Assembly: GCF_024521635.1 (NCBI RefSeq)
Contig: NW_026250415.1
Span: 372,001-436,000 of the forward strand
DNA: 64,000 nucleotides
From: Tricharina praecox
Lineage: Eukaryota
Reading direction: 5' to 3'
A program made the translations under genes and the position numbers. Below are positions 24,720 to 37,154 of this stretch, one piece after another; positions within the stretch are counted from its first letter, which is position 1, and every line of letters starts with the position of its first letter. The notes under the pieces were generated by a model. That model was not told the origin of the DNA, did no database searches, and was given only the letters and a program-made list of their open reading frames with translations.

Positions 24720-27259
24720 AGGGAGGAAGGGAGAGGGAAGGCGGGAGGGAGCGCGGGGAGGCATGTCCGGGTGGTGTGGTCTGAGATGGTATGATACGAT
24801 GCGATGCGATGGGGATGTTCTGCAGCTACCTACCTAACCTACATATGTACCGTAATGGATTGGATTGGATTGGATTGGATTGGATTTGTTGCGATGACGG
24901 GAGTTTTGGTGTTTTTTTCTTCTTCTTTTTCTTTCTTTTCTTTCTTTTCTCACGCCTTTTTATTTTTTTATTTTTATTTTGCTCATTCTATTTTGGCTCT
25001 GTTGGTTGGCCCGGTACGATGGAGGGGAGGGGAAGGGGGTTCCGGCTCTATGCGAGACGAGACGATACGGATGGATAGGGTTGGAAAGGCAGGTAGGCAG
25101 GTATGATGTGGATATAGATACCATATACGGGTTACGGATTCGACAGTGGACACTGGAGAGTGCTCCTCAACCACTTGCATCGGGGGGGGGAGGGGGGGGG
25201 GGGTTTTCTGCTCTGCTCTGTTTTGTATCGCAGAGTGGCAGGTGGGTGGGTGGTGTTTCCTTTGTCCTTTGTCCTCTCCTCTCGAGTCCCGACTCTCCAC
25301 TCGTTCGCGGTATATACTCCATCATATCATAGAATAGTAATTAGAGTAACAACCTATCTGCCAATTGACATCAGACGTCAATAGTAGTTGGTTGGTTTTA
25401 CCTCTCGTTGCTCAAGAGTCAACTTTTAAGATGTTTATATTTTTAGAGCGACACAATTACACAATTGTTTGGTGTTTGTGGCCGCCGGCCGGCCGGACTC
25501 CGGAGGGTTCGGAGGGTTCGGAGGGCTCGGAGGGTTGGGAGGCGGCAGGCGACGGGTGCTGACGTGCTTCTGCATCTATATCTGTGTCTGTCGTGTGCTT
25601 CTGCGTCTGTCGTGTGAGTGTGGGTTTGGAAGATCGTCAGTCGCTGCGACGATGGTGTTTTCTTTTTGCGAATGTGCAGCGAGAGTAGAGTAGAATGTAG
25701 ATAGGGTATCTAGCGAAGGAATTCGGGATTCGCCGAGTTGCCATACACACCCACACACCGACGCAGAATGGCGACAGAATGATGTGATGTGATGTTGGGT
25801 GGAGGGGAGGGGATGGAGAAAGGGAGGGCCCATGACGAGGAGCCACGACGGGCAGCCGTGAGAGCTCGAGAGCTATGCAACTATGTGCAGCCGGCCGTGC
25901 CACCGGGTACTTACCGCAAGCAAGCTCGAGGCCGCATCGGCTCTCATGAGGATATCGGTACCTACTATGCTTTCTATGGGTCGAGTCACCGGACTGTGAA
26001 GCAACGTGGATGGGATGGGATGGGATGGACCTGATATCGCTCGCAGTTTCCTTTCATCACCATCCCCGCCCTTCGGCCACCCCTCCGCCACCCAATCGCC
26101 CAATCGCCCAATCGCCCAATCGCCCAGCCAACCAACCAAACCCGCTCGCCACCGCCGACTGCGCGCGCATGCAGGAGCAGAAGTAGAGCACTCTATTATA
26201 CATGCTCTATGATACCACACATGCATACCGGTATTCTACTCTATATACACATGATACATACTCCTACATACTCTACATACACACTCTACTATATGCAGGA
26301 CCGCCAGGCCGACTGGAGTTGTACCTGCCGTGCGGCGTGCGGGCACACGAATAACTGCTCGTCGTAGAAGTCTGGGCGGTTTGAACATTTGGTGTGCACT
26401 CGCTCCAGAGGCTAGTGCGAATGGGGGCATGCCGCATGCGCATCCATCGCAGCCATCGAACTCGCTCTGTATGTAGGGGACTCTGTCGCGTGCTCCCTCT
26501 TCAGGACAGGACAGGACAGGATAGGATGCGTCGGATGCGTCGGTCAGGTCAGGTACTAGTTACTCTGGTTAGCATATACATACCGGGACTACAAATGTAT
26601 CTAGAGTGAGTATGCAAAAGGCCAGTTGTACCCACCTAAGGGGGGAGGGGGGAAGGGGAGCATTCCGATCCGCGTCTGATCCGGAGCAGCATGGAGTTTG
26701 TTCGGCGTTCACAATCACGGCAGCAGTTCGGATGGGTGGGATAGGCATGGAAATGGAAATGGAAGCTGGAAGCTTGGAAGAGATTTCACGAGTTGGGCTG
26801 GGTTGAGTTGGGTTGAAACGAAGCAGGAGTCCACTGGCCTGGCACCCCTCCCTCCCTCGAACCCCCCATTCACCCACCCCGACCCTCCCCCCGGCCCACC
26901 CTCCGCCCCCCGCCCCCCGCCCCCCGCCCCCCGAGAAAAAAAACAACGGAAACGCAACGGCAACGGCTGGAAGGAAGGCAGGCAGGCAGGAACTCGACGT
27001 CTGACAGGGGTGGGTGGGTGGGTGCTCGGTCAAGGTCTCTCAAGGAACGAACGAACGGGGGACGGAGGGTCTGAGCGGGAGATCTAGTTGCATGCTGGCC
27101 GCTACCAAGGTGCGAGTACCGTAGAGTACTTAGGGTCGGGGTCAGACCGCTCGCGAACGAACGGAACGAGTCGTTACCAGAGAGTACCAGAAAGCGGATT
27201 GAGGGAAGAGACGACGAGACAAGACGAGCGAGACAGAGACGCGAACCACCACGGGAACG

Positions 27260-27273
27260 AGAACAATAACAAT

Positions 27274-27341
<68 letters not shown>

Positions 27342-27342
27342 C
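27260..27342. repeat. (AAC)n trinucleotide microsatellite
   Basis: Visible directly. Confidence 0.95.
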
Positions 27343-28259
27343 GAAACACAACGAAAGCATCGATTCAGTCATCGCCCTACCGGACAGTTCGCATTCAAGG
27401 TCTACGGACCCACTCCCGCACACAGCCTTCGTCCTGCTACATACCACCCCCACCGCCTACACCAAGAAACAGGAAACACTCCGCCAAGGAAGCTCGGAAA
27501 AGAAAAGAAAAAAGAAAAGCAGGCCTATCGATTGGAAAGACAGAGAGAAAACCTGCATCACTTTGTGGAGATATATGGTCGTGTGTGCATCTTCTGGCTT
27601 GGGACAAGGCCGTCGCGCTGCATGAAGGAAGGGCGGGAAGGGGATTGTGTGTGAACACATAGAAAAGAAGGCACGAGCAACGGGGACCGCCATCTTCCTC
27701 ATCATCGGATTTCCACTACTCGACTACCACTACTACGGTACTCTACATACGAGCAGCAGCAGCGCTTGCATCCAACTGAAATAGCCTGAGCGTTGTCTGC
27801 AAGCAAAGCAAACGGCTCGAGAAAGAGAGAGAAGAAAAGAAAAAAACCGGACCAGGCTTAGTTACTACTAACTGCTGCTTTGACTACTATTACATGCGTC
27901 TGGCGCATAACAGCTCGCCAGCTCTCCCTTCTATCTACTTCATAACACATACATCCTTCTAGTTCTCTACTATTCTCAATTCCTCAATTCTTCTTCAACT
28001 TGCCCCTCGTTCCCTCCATCTTCTAGTCGAATTACTATCACTCTTTCCAGTCTACCAGCGATCCCTCCATCACGTTCCGGTCTATTTAGATAGAAGACAC
28101 TCGTACAGCTTCGAAAGAAAAGATTCAGGGACTAAAAGCTGGAAGACTCCGTTCTCTCCGTTCTTTTTCCTTACTGGGAACATCCTGCTTCTCTTTAAAT
28201 CCCATTGCTCCCCAAAAACTTGTCCATTCAGATCAAAGAGGGCTTGATAGATCGACATC

Positions 28260-29460
28260 ATGCCTGCCAGAAACATTCACTCGTTGTCACTTGCGCTTTC
28301 CCCTGCATCCAATGACGATGCCATAAACAACCCCCCGAGGACAATCAAAACAACACCCTCAGCCACCGACACCACCGCCGGCTCGCCCCCAAATAAAGCA
28401 TGTCGTATGGATATGGACGATTGCCGCTCGATGGCTTCGTCTTTGGGAATCCAGTCGTTCGATCGCCAGCACCAGAATCCGTCGACCATCTTTCGGCAGG
28501 GCTTGATAACGCCCACCACGCCCTGCTACCATCACGAAGGCAACACCAACAACGACAGCAAGGGGGGAAGCAGTGGCAGTCCGAGACCAGCCGCCGCGGC
28601 ATCTCTATCCGCTCTAACCAATGCAATGAGCATGTCGGCTATCGACAGCCCTCCAGACGAGGAGGACATTGGCTTCTCGCTCGAGGAGTTCGCGAAGAGC
28701 TACGTACCGCTGTCACACCTGCCTACACCGCCGCCGTCGGCCGCATGCTCGGTAGATCTCCATGCCGAGCGTGAAGTCGGGGGGCACTTAGTGGAAGCCG
28801 AGTTCTGGGGTGTGCACCATCACTCTCCCCCTTACTCGAAAAGAAGCTAACAAGTGTTGAATAGGCCCAGCAAAGTATTTAGTCAGCATGATACCGCGCA
28901 ACGCATTCCGGGAGCCTCCCTCGGTCACGATGATGGCGGTGATCCTGCAGAACGCGAATGTGCGGCTTTCGGTGGTGTCCCTTGCCGGCTGCATTCTCGA
29001 CTGCCTATCCGACCAGTTCGTGAAGCTGTGGCGACGGCGGTGCTGCGATGCTGCCGACGGTGCCGAGGCGGAGCTGGGCGAGGTCCTAGCTGTGGCCGCA
29101 CTCGCCATCAGCATGAAATTCCTTGAGGATTCGGTAAGCACACACACCCTCACGACGTTCCTCGTTCTCTTTTGCTGACAGCGGCGGTTGGAATAGGCAT
29201 ACACCAACAGACTCTGGACACATAACATCTGCTCCGACATCTTCCCACTGAAGGCGTTCAACCTGACGGAGCGCCTGGTGCTGCACGACATCGACTACTG
29301 TCTGCACGGCATCTCCTCGCCTGAGCAGATCGGAGAGTGCTCCGACCGGCTGAAGCAGTTCACTGCCGAAGCTGCCGGCTTCAGACCACACCAGCAGCAG
29401 AAGCAGAAGAAGATGGATGAGCCGGCTGGGTACTTTGAGGCGAGGACTGCTTGGTTCTAG
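28260..29460 (+). CDS. Fungal cyclin-like (Pcl-type cyclin box) protein, 3 exons
   Basis: Introns 28810-28864 and 29134-29195 give a continuous ORF with YVPLSHLPTPPPS, SLAGCILDCLS, VAALAISMKFLEDS|AYTNRLW and FNLTERLVLHDIDYCL, matching the cyclin-box pattern LxxAxKFxxD...E+xxLxxLDY. Confidence 0.75.
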
Positions 29461-29932
29461 CTTTTAGCGAGACAGGGGGGGCGAGTGCATTGGGTTTATT
29501 TTTGGGCGTTTTTTTATTATTATCTACATCCCTTTTCCATCCCCCTATTTCCGATTCCCCCATGGAGCGAGCGGTTTGCAGCGTCATATCATCATTATTT
29601 CGTATGGGGGTGTTTTGTGGCGTTTTTTGTTTGTTTATTTTGAAAAGTTTGTTTATTTTCATTACTCTAGGCGCAGACTGGGTGGGGATGGATACCGTAA
29701 CGCATGTCGTTCGTTATCACTGTTTGCAATGACATCGATAGTCAATAGGGGGATGGGGGAGGGGCGGAGGTGTTGGTTCTCTTTTTGCTGTACCTATTAC
29801 TCTCTGTAATTTCACCATCATCACAAACACACGTGCTCGCATCCGTGCCAAGGTTCTCAACTGGTTGCGTCGTAACAGTTCTATGCTCAGTTTACTCTAG
29901 GTATTTTATTTCCACGTGGGGAGCAAAACAGA

Positions 29933-31423
29933 TCACCGCGCCTCACTCGCCACACCCTCCTTCTCGCTCTGCTCCTTCGCCTTCTCCTCCTTCTCTGCCT
30001 TGACCCTCTGCTCCTCAGCCTCCTCATAGCCCTCGGTGACCATATCCAGAATCCCCAGCTCCTCCTCCTGCTCCTTGGTGCGGTCGACATCGACAATCGT
30101 CAGCTGCGGGTCGGGGTCGGGCGCACACAGGTTCTGCACGTAGCTGGCGGCGAGCGGGTCGTCGAGGATGCACGTAAACGTTCTTTTCCCGTCTTTCGCG
30201 TCGCGCAGCCCCTGGAAAAAGACCTCCCACTTCTCGCGGGTGTCCTTCTCGATCGAGTCGCTGGTCTCATCGTCCGCGCCCGAAAAGATGCGCTGATGCA
30301 GCTCGTCGTGGACCTGGGTGAGGAGGCCCTCGATGGTCGTGAAGCGGCCGCCCAGCGTCCCCGGCGTCAAGTCCAGGTTCAGCTCCGGACACGTCATCCC
30401 GCACGTCTCGGACTTGAGGATATCGCGGGCGAGGTCCTCGGCGTCCTCCACCCGCAGCGTGATGATCCTCCCCTGCGCCGGCACCGCGCCGCCGGTCTTG
30501 ACCTCGTTGGACTTGTACCCGCAGCTGTCGCAGACGGTGGACATGATGACGACCTCCTTGAAGTGGGGGATCTCGACGAGTTTCATATGCGTGCTGCAGG
30601 GGCGGACGCAGCTCGGACACGTCGCGGGGAACGTGTGCACCTCGTCGGGGCGGATCTCGTAGTCCTCGTCCTCGCCGGCGCGCTCGCGCGCCTCTCGCGT
30701 GCCCGCGTCCGCGTCAGTTAGCCCCAAACCCTCGTTTTGCAACGCCGTACGCTCGTAGTGCTTGCTCGTCCACTTCCCGCGCGCATCCCCCGGCTTCGGC
30801 TCGATCCACGAGTTGCCGGAGGGATCATCGACGACCAGGGTGATGGGCAGTGCGTTGCCCGCAAGGACATCTCGGCCGCGCGCGATGAAAGTTGCGATCT
30901 GTGCGTGCGCCTCCGGGTCGGCAGCGAGCCGCTTGCTCTGGTCGCCGTCGAGGTCCTCGAGCACGGTGGAGAGCAGGCCCTCGACGGTGGTGAGCTGGCC
31001 GCGCTGCGCGGGGATCTCAAGGTCCAGCTCTGGCACGCGGCACACGCACGTCTCCGACTTGACGACTTGGCGGTCGAAGTCCTCCTTCGCCGCCAGCTTG
31101 AGCGTGTACGTGCACCCCCGCTCTTGGATCTCGCTTGCCGACTGGATCTCGCAGTTCTTGAAGAAGCAATGGGGGCACTCGAAGGACATGAGAACGACTT
31201 CGCGGAAAAAGGGGATGCGCGTTAGGAGGAGACGCGTGTTGCCTTGCTCGTGGCATGCCATGCATAAAGACTCGATGTTGTCCATGATCTGTGGCTCGTC
31301 CGTGTCGTCGATGTTGTCGCCTTGCGCGAGAACGTCCACGGCGTCTACCGTGTCGCCGATCGAACGGAACATGTCTGGTGCTGCTGCGGCGGCGGGCTCG
31401 GCAGCCTCGGAGGCGTGCGGCAT
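29933..31423 (-). CDS. ZPR1: Zinc finger chaperone ZPR1
   Basis: Two ZnF-A modules: IESLCMACHEQG..LLLTRIPFFREV..FECPHC and FPATCPSC..EIPHFKEVVIMSTVCDSCGYKSNEVK. Intronless ORF; likely ATG at 31423. Confidence 0.97.
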   Translation of the reverse strand: MPHASEAAEPAAAAAPDMFRSIGDTVDAVDVLAQGDNIDDTDEPQIMDNIESLCMACHEQGNTRLLLTRIPFFREVVLMSFECPHCFFKNCEIQSASEIQERGCTYTLKLAAKEDFDRQVVKSETCVCRVPELDLEIPAQRGQLTTVEGLLSTVLEDLDGDQSKRLAADPEAHAQIATFIARGRDVLAGNALPITLVVDDPSGNSWIEPKPGDARGKWTSKHYERTALQNEGLGLTDADAGTREARERAGEDEDYEIRPDEVHTFPATCPSCVRPCSTHMKLVEIPHFKEVVIMSTVCDSCGYKSNEVKTGGAVPAQGRIITLRVEDAEDLARDILKSETCGMTCPELNLDLTPGTLGGRFTTIEGLLTQVHDELHQRIFSGADDETSDSIEKDTREKWEVFFQGLRDAKDGKRTFTCILDDPLAASYVQNLCAPDPDPQLTIVDVDRTKEQEEELGILDMVTEGYEEAEEQRVKAEKEEKAKEQSEKEGVASEAR

Positions 31424-32026
31424 GGTGGGCGCTGTGCTTGCTGTCTCTTTTCTGCGCGGTGTCTGTGTATCTGAGTATCGCAGTCGCAGTCGTTCTTTCT
31501 TTCTGTGCGGAAAGTGTTTTTCGAGTGGCGGTTGTATGTAGTCGGGAAGATGACTGACACAGAAACTTTTCGCGGGGTAATGTTTATGGTGGGGCCACAC
31601 GCAGGCAACTTGTCGCGGCAGGTTCCGAATGTATGGGCTCTACTCTAGAAGCATCTAGTCAGATCTGCAGAACGGCAGTGAAGTGAAGGGCTTTTTTAGA
31701 AAGATTGCTTGGTAAGGCTGGTATGCAGCAAAACAAAGTAGATCACGGGAACGACGAAAGAGTACGGAGAAGAAGAAGAAGAAGAAGTAGTAGTATGGTA
31801 GTAGAGTAGAGGAAACGATCCTATGCGGTCTCAATGGAGATTGATGTTCCTACCAGTAGCACGTAGAAGCCTTCGCACGACCCATCCACTCTACCACCAC
31901 TTCCACCGTCCCTTCCACCGTCCCTTCCACCGTCCCTTCCACCGCTCCTTCCCTTGCACCTACACCTACACCCACCCCACTCACCCCACCAACCACCACC
32001 GGCACACTCTCCCCACGCCCACCACA

Positions 32027-32762
32027 ATGATCAAATCCGTCCTCGGCTCCGCAGCCGGCCAGCCCACGATGCCGCAGCCGCTCGTCTTCGTCACGGGCAA
32101 CGCCAACAAGCTGCGGGAGGTGCAGGCGATCCTGGGCTCCGCAGTGCCATCACTGACGAACCGCGCACTGGACCTGCCCGAGCTGCAAGGTAGCATCGAG
32201 GAGATCACACTGGACAAGGCGCGGCGTGCCGCGGCCGAGGTTCTTATCCACTCCCTTCCCCCTCCACTTCCCTTCGACGCACGGCTAACGAGGACGGTAT
32301 GGGTTGGGTGGATAGATCGGTGGCCCCGTTCTAGTCGAAGACACGTGCCTATGCTTCAACGCGCTGCACGGGCTTCCGGGGCCGTACGTGAAGTGGTTCA
32401 TGAAGGAGCTGGGACACGAGGGGCTCAACAACATGCTGGCCGCGTATGACGACAAGAGTGCGCAGGCCGTGTGCACGTTCGCTTACTGTGCGGGACCTGG
32501 CATGGACGCGGTGCTGTTTGAGGGCCGCACTGACGGGAAGATCGTCCCCGCTAGGGGCCCGAAGACGTTTGGTTGGGACGCCGTGTTTGAGTATCAAGGG
32601 CTGACGTGAGTACTGATCTGTGGTGGTGGGGGTGGGCAGGGTGGGCTAATGTGGGTGGGTGGTAGGTATGCGGAGATGGACAAGGAGGAGAAAAACAAGA
32701 TCTCGCATCGGGGGAAGGCGCTGGATAAGCTGAAGGTGTGGCTGGCGAAGAATCACTGCTGA
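32027..32762 (+). CDS. HAM1: Inosine triphosphate pyrophosphatase (3 exons)
   Basis: [62 protein letters not shown]. Introns 32240-32315 and 32606-32665. Confidence 0.96.
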
Positions 32763-32891
32763 TCCGCGGGAACCTTACTCTAGAGCAAAGGAAGTAGGCA
32801 CAGCTTGTGGTTTTCACTCGTAGACACGGACACGGGCAAGAAGTTTGTTTTGTTTGTTTGGTATTACAGCCCTTGCTTGATTGCTAGCTGT

Positions 32892-33609
32892 CTATACACC
32901 CGCGGGATGGTCGGACTCCCAGGCTTTGACCCACTGTGTTATCCTCTCGACGTTGCTGTCGATCTCGTCGGCGTTGTCGCTGCGCAGCTCGATCACGATC
33001 TCCGGACTGTAGGATTCGCGCGCCTCCTCGAGGATCACTTGCATGATCTCCGAGTCGAGGTTTTCCTGTAACTTTTGTTCTGTGCTGTGTTAGTTCCGTC
33101 GAGCCGCGCAGTAATCTTTTGTTCCTCCCTCAATTAATCGGGAAAAGGTACCTGGGTAATTTCTGTGCACACATGCTCATTAACATCTTCCTCTGCACTT
33201 TAACCCTCGGGTACACTCTCACCTCGCCTTCAACCGATCATAAAGCAGTTGCGAATCCACGCGCAATACTACGACCAGGTCCACCAGGCGCTCAGGGAAC
33301 ACCTCGCACACATGCCAATCGATGATATTCCCGCCCAGCTCCAGCTGCGGCTCGATCTCGTCCAGCAGCTTGTCCTCATCGACGATCCACGTCTGCAGCT
33401 CATCGTCGTAGCCCTCGTGGCACGCCTTTTCCTTGACAACCTGGTTGACCGAGAGGTGTGTCAGGCCCGTGGCCTCGGCGAGCGATTCGCAGTGGCTGGA
33501 TTTGCCTGTGGCGCGCATGTCAGTCTGGATGTTGACAGAAACCGGCGGGAGGCGAGGTACCAACACCCGGTGTACCGGTGATGATGATGTTGGGGCGTGT
33601 GCGAGGCAT
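32892..33609 (-). CDS. FAP7: Adenylate kinase isoenzyme 6 / Fap7 (4 exons, including an 11-nt micro-exon)
   Basis: PNIIITGTPGVG|KSS P-loop, IVDEDKLLDEIE, IIDWHVCEVFPER, LYDRLKAR|NYP|EQKLQENLDSEIMQV. Confidence 0.95.
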
Positions 33610-34164
33610 TGCGTTGAGTGGTGGGAGTTGTAAGTTTGGCGTGGTGGGGGACTTCGCGATAGATGTAGTTTCGAAATTAAGATTTCTCGTGTAACGTGGT
33701 GTAAAGATCTCGGAACATCCCGAAGAAGTGGCTCGCCTCGTCGAGTTGGACCGCGACCACCCGCGGCGTACATAGGGTGGCAGTGACGTATGATATTAGC
33801 CACCGCACAGCACAGTACACTCAGCACCTAAATAGAGTCCAGCAAAGAAGAAGAACAGCTCTCTTCAACTAAGGCAGGCATCCTCTCGAATCACACACGG
33901 CCAGCGCAATCGGCGGGAAGATTTGCATGTAACTATCTGTACCCGTCCACAGCTGCGGGCTCTCGAAACACGGCCATTGAGAAGCCGTGCGTGACGCACC
34001 CAACCCAGCCCAAACCTCGGCTGCTGAGATACCGGTTTGATTTGCTCGTGAATTTGAATGACCTGCGACATCACCTCTGGGCCTGCTGTCTTTCCTTCCC
34101 ACCCTCTCCCTCCCTCCGTTCACATTCCGAACGAACAACCACAACTACGACGACGACTTTCGCA

Positions 34165-36120
34165 ATGCCGGGATCAAGCCGAGTCCCCGTGTCGCTGAGC
34201 AACCTCTCATCGTACACCAAGGCCGCCGCGCGCCGCAATCCCAACGCCGTCTTCAACTTCGACCTGTAACCACGCTTCCCCTTCCCACTTCCTTCCACCC
34301 ACACACACTAACCTCCCCGCGCCAGCCTCCGCAACATAATCTTCGCGCTCTTTGTCCTGCGACACTTCCGCAAGGCGATCCGACAGCTGCGCGGCCGCGG
34401 TATCCTGGGCACCCTAGCGAGCTTCTACCGCTACCTGCAACGCGTCGCGTACGGAGTGTTCCTCGGGCTGCCGTGGATACGCTCAAAGGTGCAGGGCCAG
34501 ATCGACGAGGCGCTCAAGAAGCTTGAGGACCGGCTGGTCCCTAAGGGTCCCGGCGTCACGAGATATACCACCTTGCCAAAGGACGGACTTGACAATGATA
34601 AGATCAAGGAGATCTTGAAGGAGTATGTTTTTTCTTTCCTGAGGAGAAAGAGCGAGAGGGGGCAGATGTGAATGCTGATGCGGAACCAGATTGAGCGAGC
34701 TTCACCATGCCGAGTGGGAGAAGGGCCAGGTCTCCGGCGCGGTGTATCACGGAGGAAAGGAAATGCTGGATCTCCAGAGCGAGGCGTACAGAATGTTTGC
34801 CGTCAGCAATCCGCTGCACCCGGATGTATTCCCCGGTGTCAGGAAGATGGAGGCCGAGGTTGTCGCTATGGTGAGTTTTTGTTTGGTTTTGCATGATTTT
34901 GGGTGAATTGCGGCTGAGACTTGCAGGTTCTCGCCATGTATAATGCTCCCCTCGGTGCGGCGGGAATCACCACCAGTGGAGGAACCGAGAGTATCTTGAT
35001 GGCTTGTTTGGCCGCCAGAGCGAAGGCGTACGAAGAGCGGGGAGTTACAGAGCCGGAGATGTGAGTCCACCAGTCTTCACATCCGTTGCAATGGCTGACA
35101 GTTCCGCCCAGGGTCGTTCCTACCACTGTCCACGCTGCGTTCGACAAAGCAGGCCACTATTTTAACATCAAAGTGCACCACGTAGACGTGGACCCCGTAA
35201 CGTTGAAAGTAAACCTCAAAGCCGTCAACCGTCTCGTGAACTACAACACCATCCTGATCGTGGGATCAGCCCCCAACTTCCCGCACGGAATCATCGACGA
35301 TATTACTGGATTGAGTAAGATTGCGCTCAGGAAGAGGGTCCCGCTCCATGTCGATGCGTGTCTCGGCTCCTTCCTTGTCCCCTTCCTCGAGAAGGCGGGC
35401 TATGAAACCGAGCCGTTCGACTTCAGAATCAAGGGTGTCACCTCGATTTCTTGCGATACTCATAAATGTACTCCCAACCTCACTCTCACTCCAATCGACT
35501 GTCACTGACGCTTTCCAGACGGCTTCGCACCAAAGGGCAATTCGGTCCTACTGTTCCGCACCAGGAAGCTCCGCCAATACGGCTACTTCATCACCGCCAC
35601 CTGGCCAGGCGGTGTGTACGCCTCACCCACCCTGGCAGGCTCGCGCGCCGGCTCGCTCATCGCAGGTACCTGGACCGCACTCATGAAGATCGGTGAAGGC
35701 GGCTACATCAGCTCCTGCCGCTCGATCGTGGGTGCCGCGAAGGCGATTGAGACTGGTATTCGCGAGAAGCTCCACCCCGACCTCTACATCATGGGCGAGC
35801 CTCTCGTAAGTGTTGTCTCGTTCTCGAGTAAGACGCTGAACATTTACGAGCTCGCCGATGAGATGAACTCCCTCGGCTGGCACTTGAATGCCCTTCAGAG
35901 CCCGCCCGCGCTGCATATCGCCTGCACCAGGCCGACTGTAGAGGCGGTGGATAAGTTCTTGACGGATCTCGAGGCCGCGGTGCAGACCGTTAAGCAGAAG
36001 GGAAGCGATGCCGCCCCGGGCAATACCGCGGCACTGTATGGAGTGGCCGGAAGCCTGCCGAATAAGAGCGTTATCAAGAAGATGGCCACGGGGTTCATCG
36101 ACACACTTTACAAAGCGTAG
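34165..36120 (+). CDS. DPL1: Sphingosine-1-phosphate lyase (PLP-dependent), multi-exon
   Basis: [95 protein letters not shown]. Confidence 0.96.
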
Positions 36121-36442
36121 TAGTTTGTAGCATGTCATTCATTCATTTGTCTTCTTCATTTGCGTGCCTGTTTGTTTACGTATGCATTGCATTTCTGGTT
36201 CACATACACGATTGGAACATACATATCACATCGCATCATGATGTATACCTGTAGCTACTACTACTGCCACTACTACTCTGCACGCTTACTCTGTCGCTCT
36301 GTCTGTCTGCCTCACACCACCGTTCAAAAACACATCTATACCCGCTTTGCCGCCGCCGTGTATGTTGATTTCAAGGGCAAAATATACATGCTAGTGTTCT
36401 GAACCGAACCATCCTCCCGGCTCAGCTTCCAGGTGCCTCCGA

Positions 36443-36938
36443 CTAAGCGTCCAGTCTGGCCGGGAAGTTTCCGTTCTCTGCAATGCAATCCCCACATCAA
36501 CAACATGGACCTCGGCAAAGGGGGAGGAGGGGAACAAACCGCGCTGGGTATCCCACTTGTCCAACCAGGCGTTGGGGCACAGCGAGCGGTAGGCGTAGTA
36601 GAACTGCTTGCAAGGCATGAAGTCCTCGCCCTTGGCGTTGACGCACTTGTGGTAGTCGACGTAGTTTTGCCAGCAGTGCTTGGTCTGGTTCTGGTTGGGG
36701 AACCGGGCGTCGAAACCTGTCACACATCAGGGCGTCAGCGGTTGTGGAGCTGGGGCAATTGTAGCCGCGGGTGGTGGTGCTGGTGGTGGTGATGCGATGC
36801 GCCAAGACGTCGCGGAACAAGGTATTCGGCGGAGCGGCGGATTGCGGGTGGAGAGTTCCTGCTGCTGGAGGAGCTGACGGGTGCCGTACCTGCAGTCACG
36901 AACTTGAAGGGCTTGGTCTCTCTCTCGTCGTCGGACAT
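36443..36938 (-). CDS. COX12: Cytochrome c oxidase subunit 6B (3 exons)
   Basis: TKPFKFVTA|GFDARFPNQNQTKHCWQNYVDYHKC..KGEDF..CKQF...YRSLCP..W...WDTQR|ENGNFPARLD. Confidence 0.97.
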
Positions 36939-37154
36939 GATTGCGGTGGTTTCGTTTCGTAGGGGGTGGTGAACGAGGTGGTGAGTGGAGATGTGTGAAA
37001 CCGGGTGTTTGGGGGGAAGGTGATGATGGTACGATGAAAAGTCGGGTGATGGGTGTCGGGCCGGGGAATTTGTTACCCGGCACGTGGGAGGGGCAATGAT
37101 GGTCAGTTCTTTTCAGTCAATTCACGATCATAACCACAACAATACGACATAACG

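Noticed and set aside
31424-31600. N-terminal extension of the ZPR1 ORF to 31600
   Set aside because: Depends on a GTG start and looks like promoter or UTR sequence, whereas ATG 31423 has good context.
31640-31660. Degenerate heat-shock element upstream of ZPR1
   Set aside because: Only one perfect nGAAn unit, and TCTAGA motifs are common in this genome.
34015-34080. GCTGAGATACC resembling a TPP riboswitch core
   Set aside because: Lacks the downstream CTTGAT/GGNTAAT..GCGNAGG elements and is not in a thiamine gene. None was seen in the THI80 introns either.
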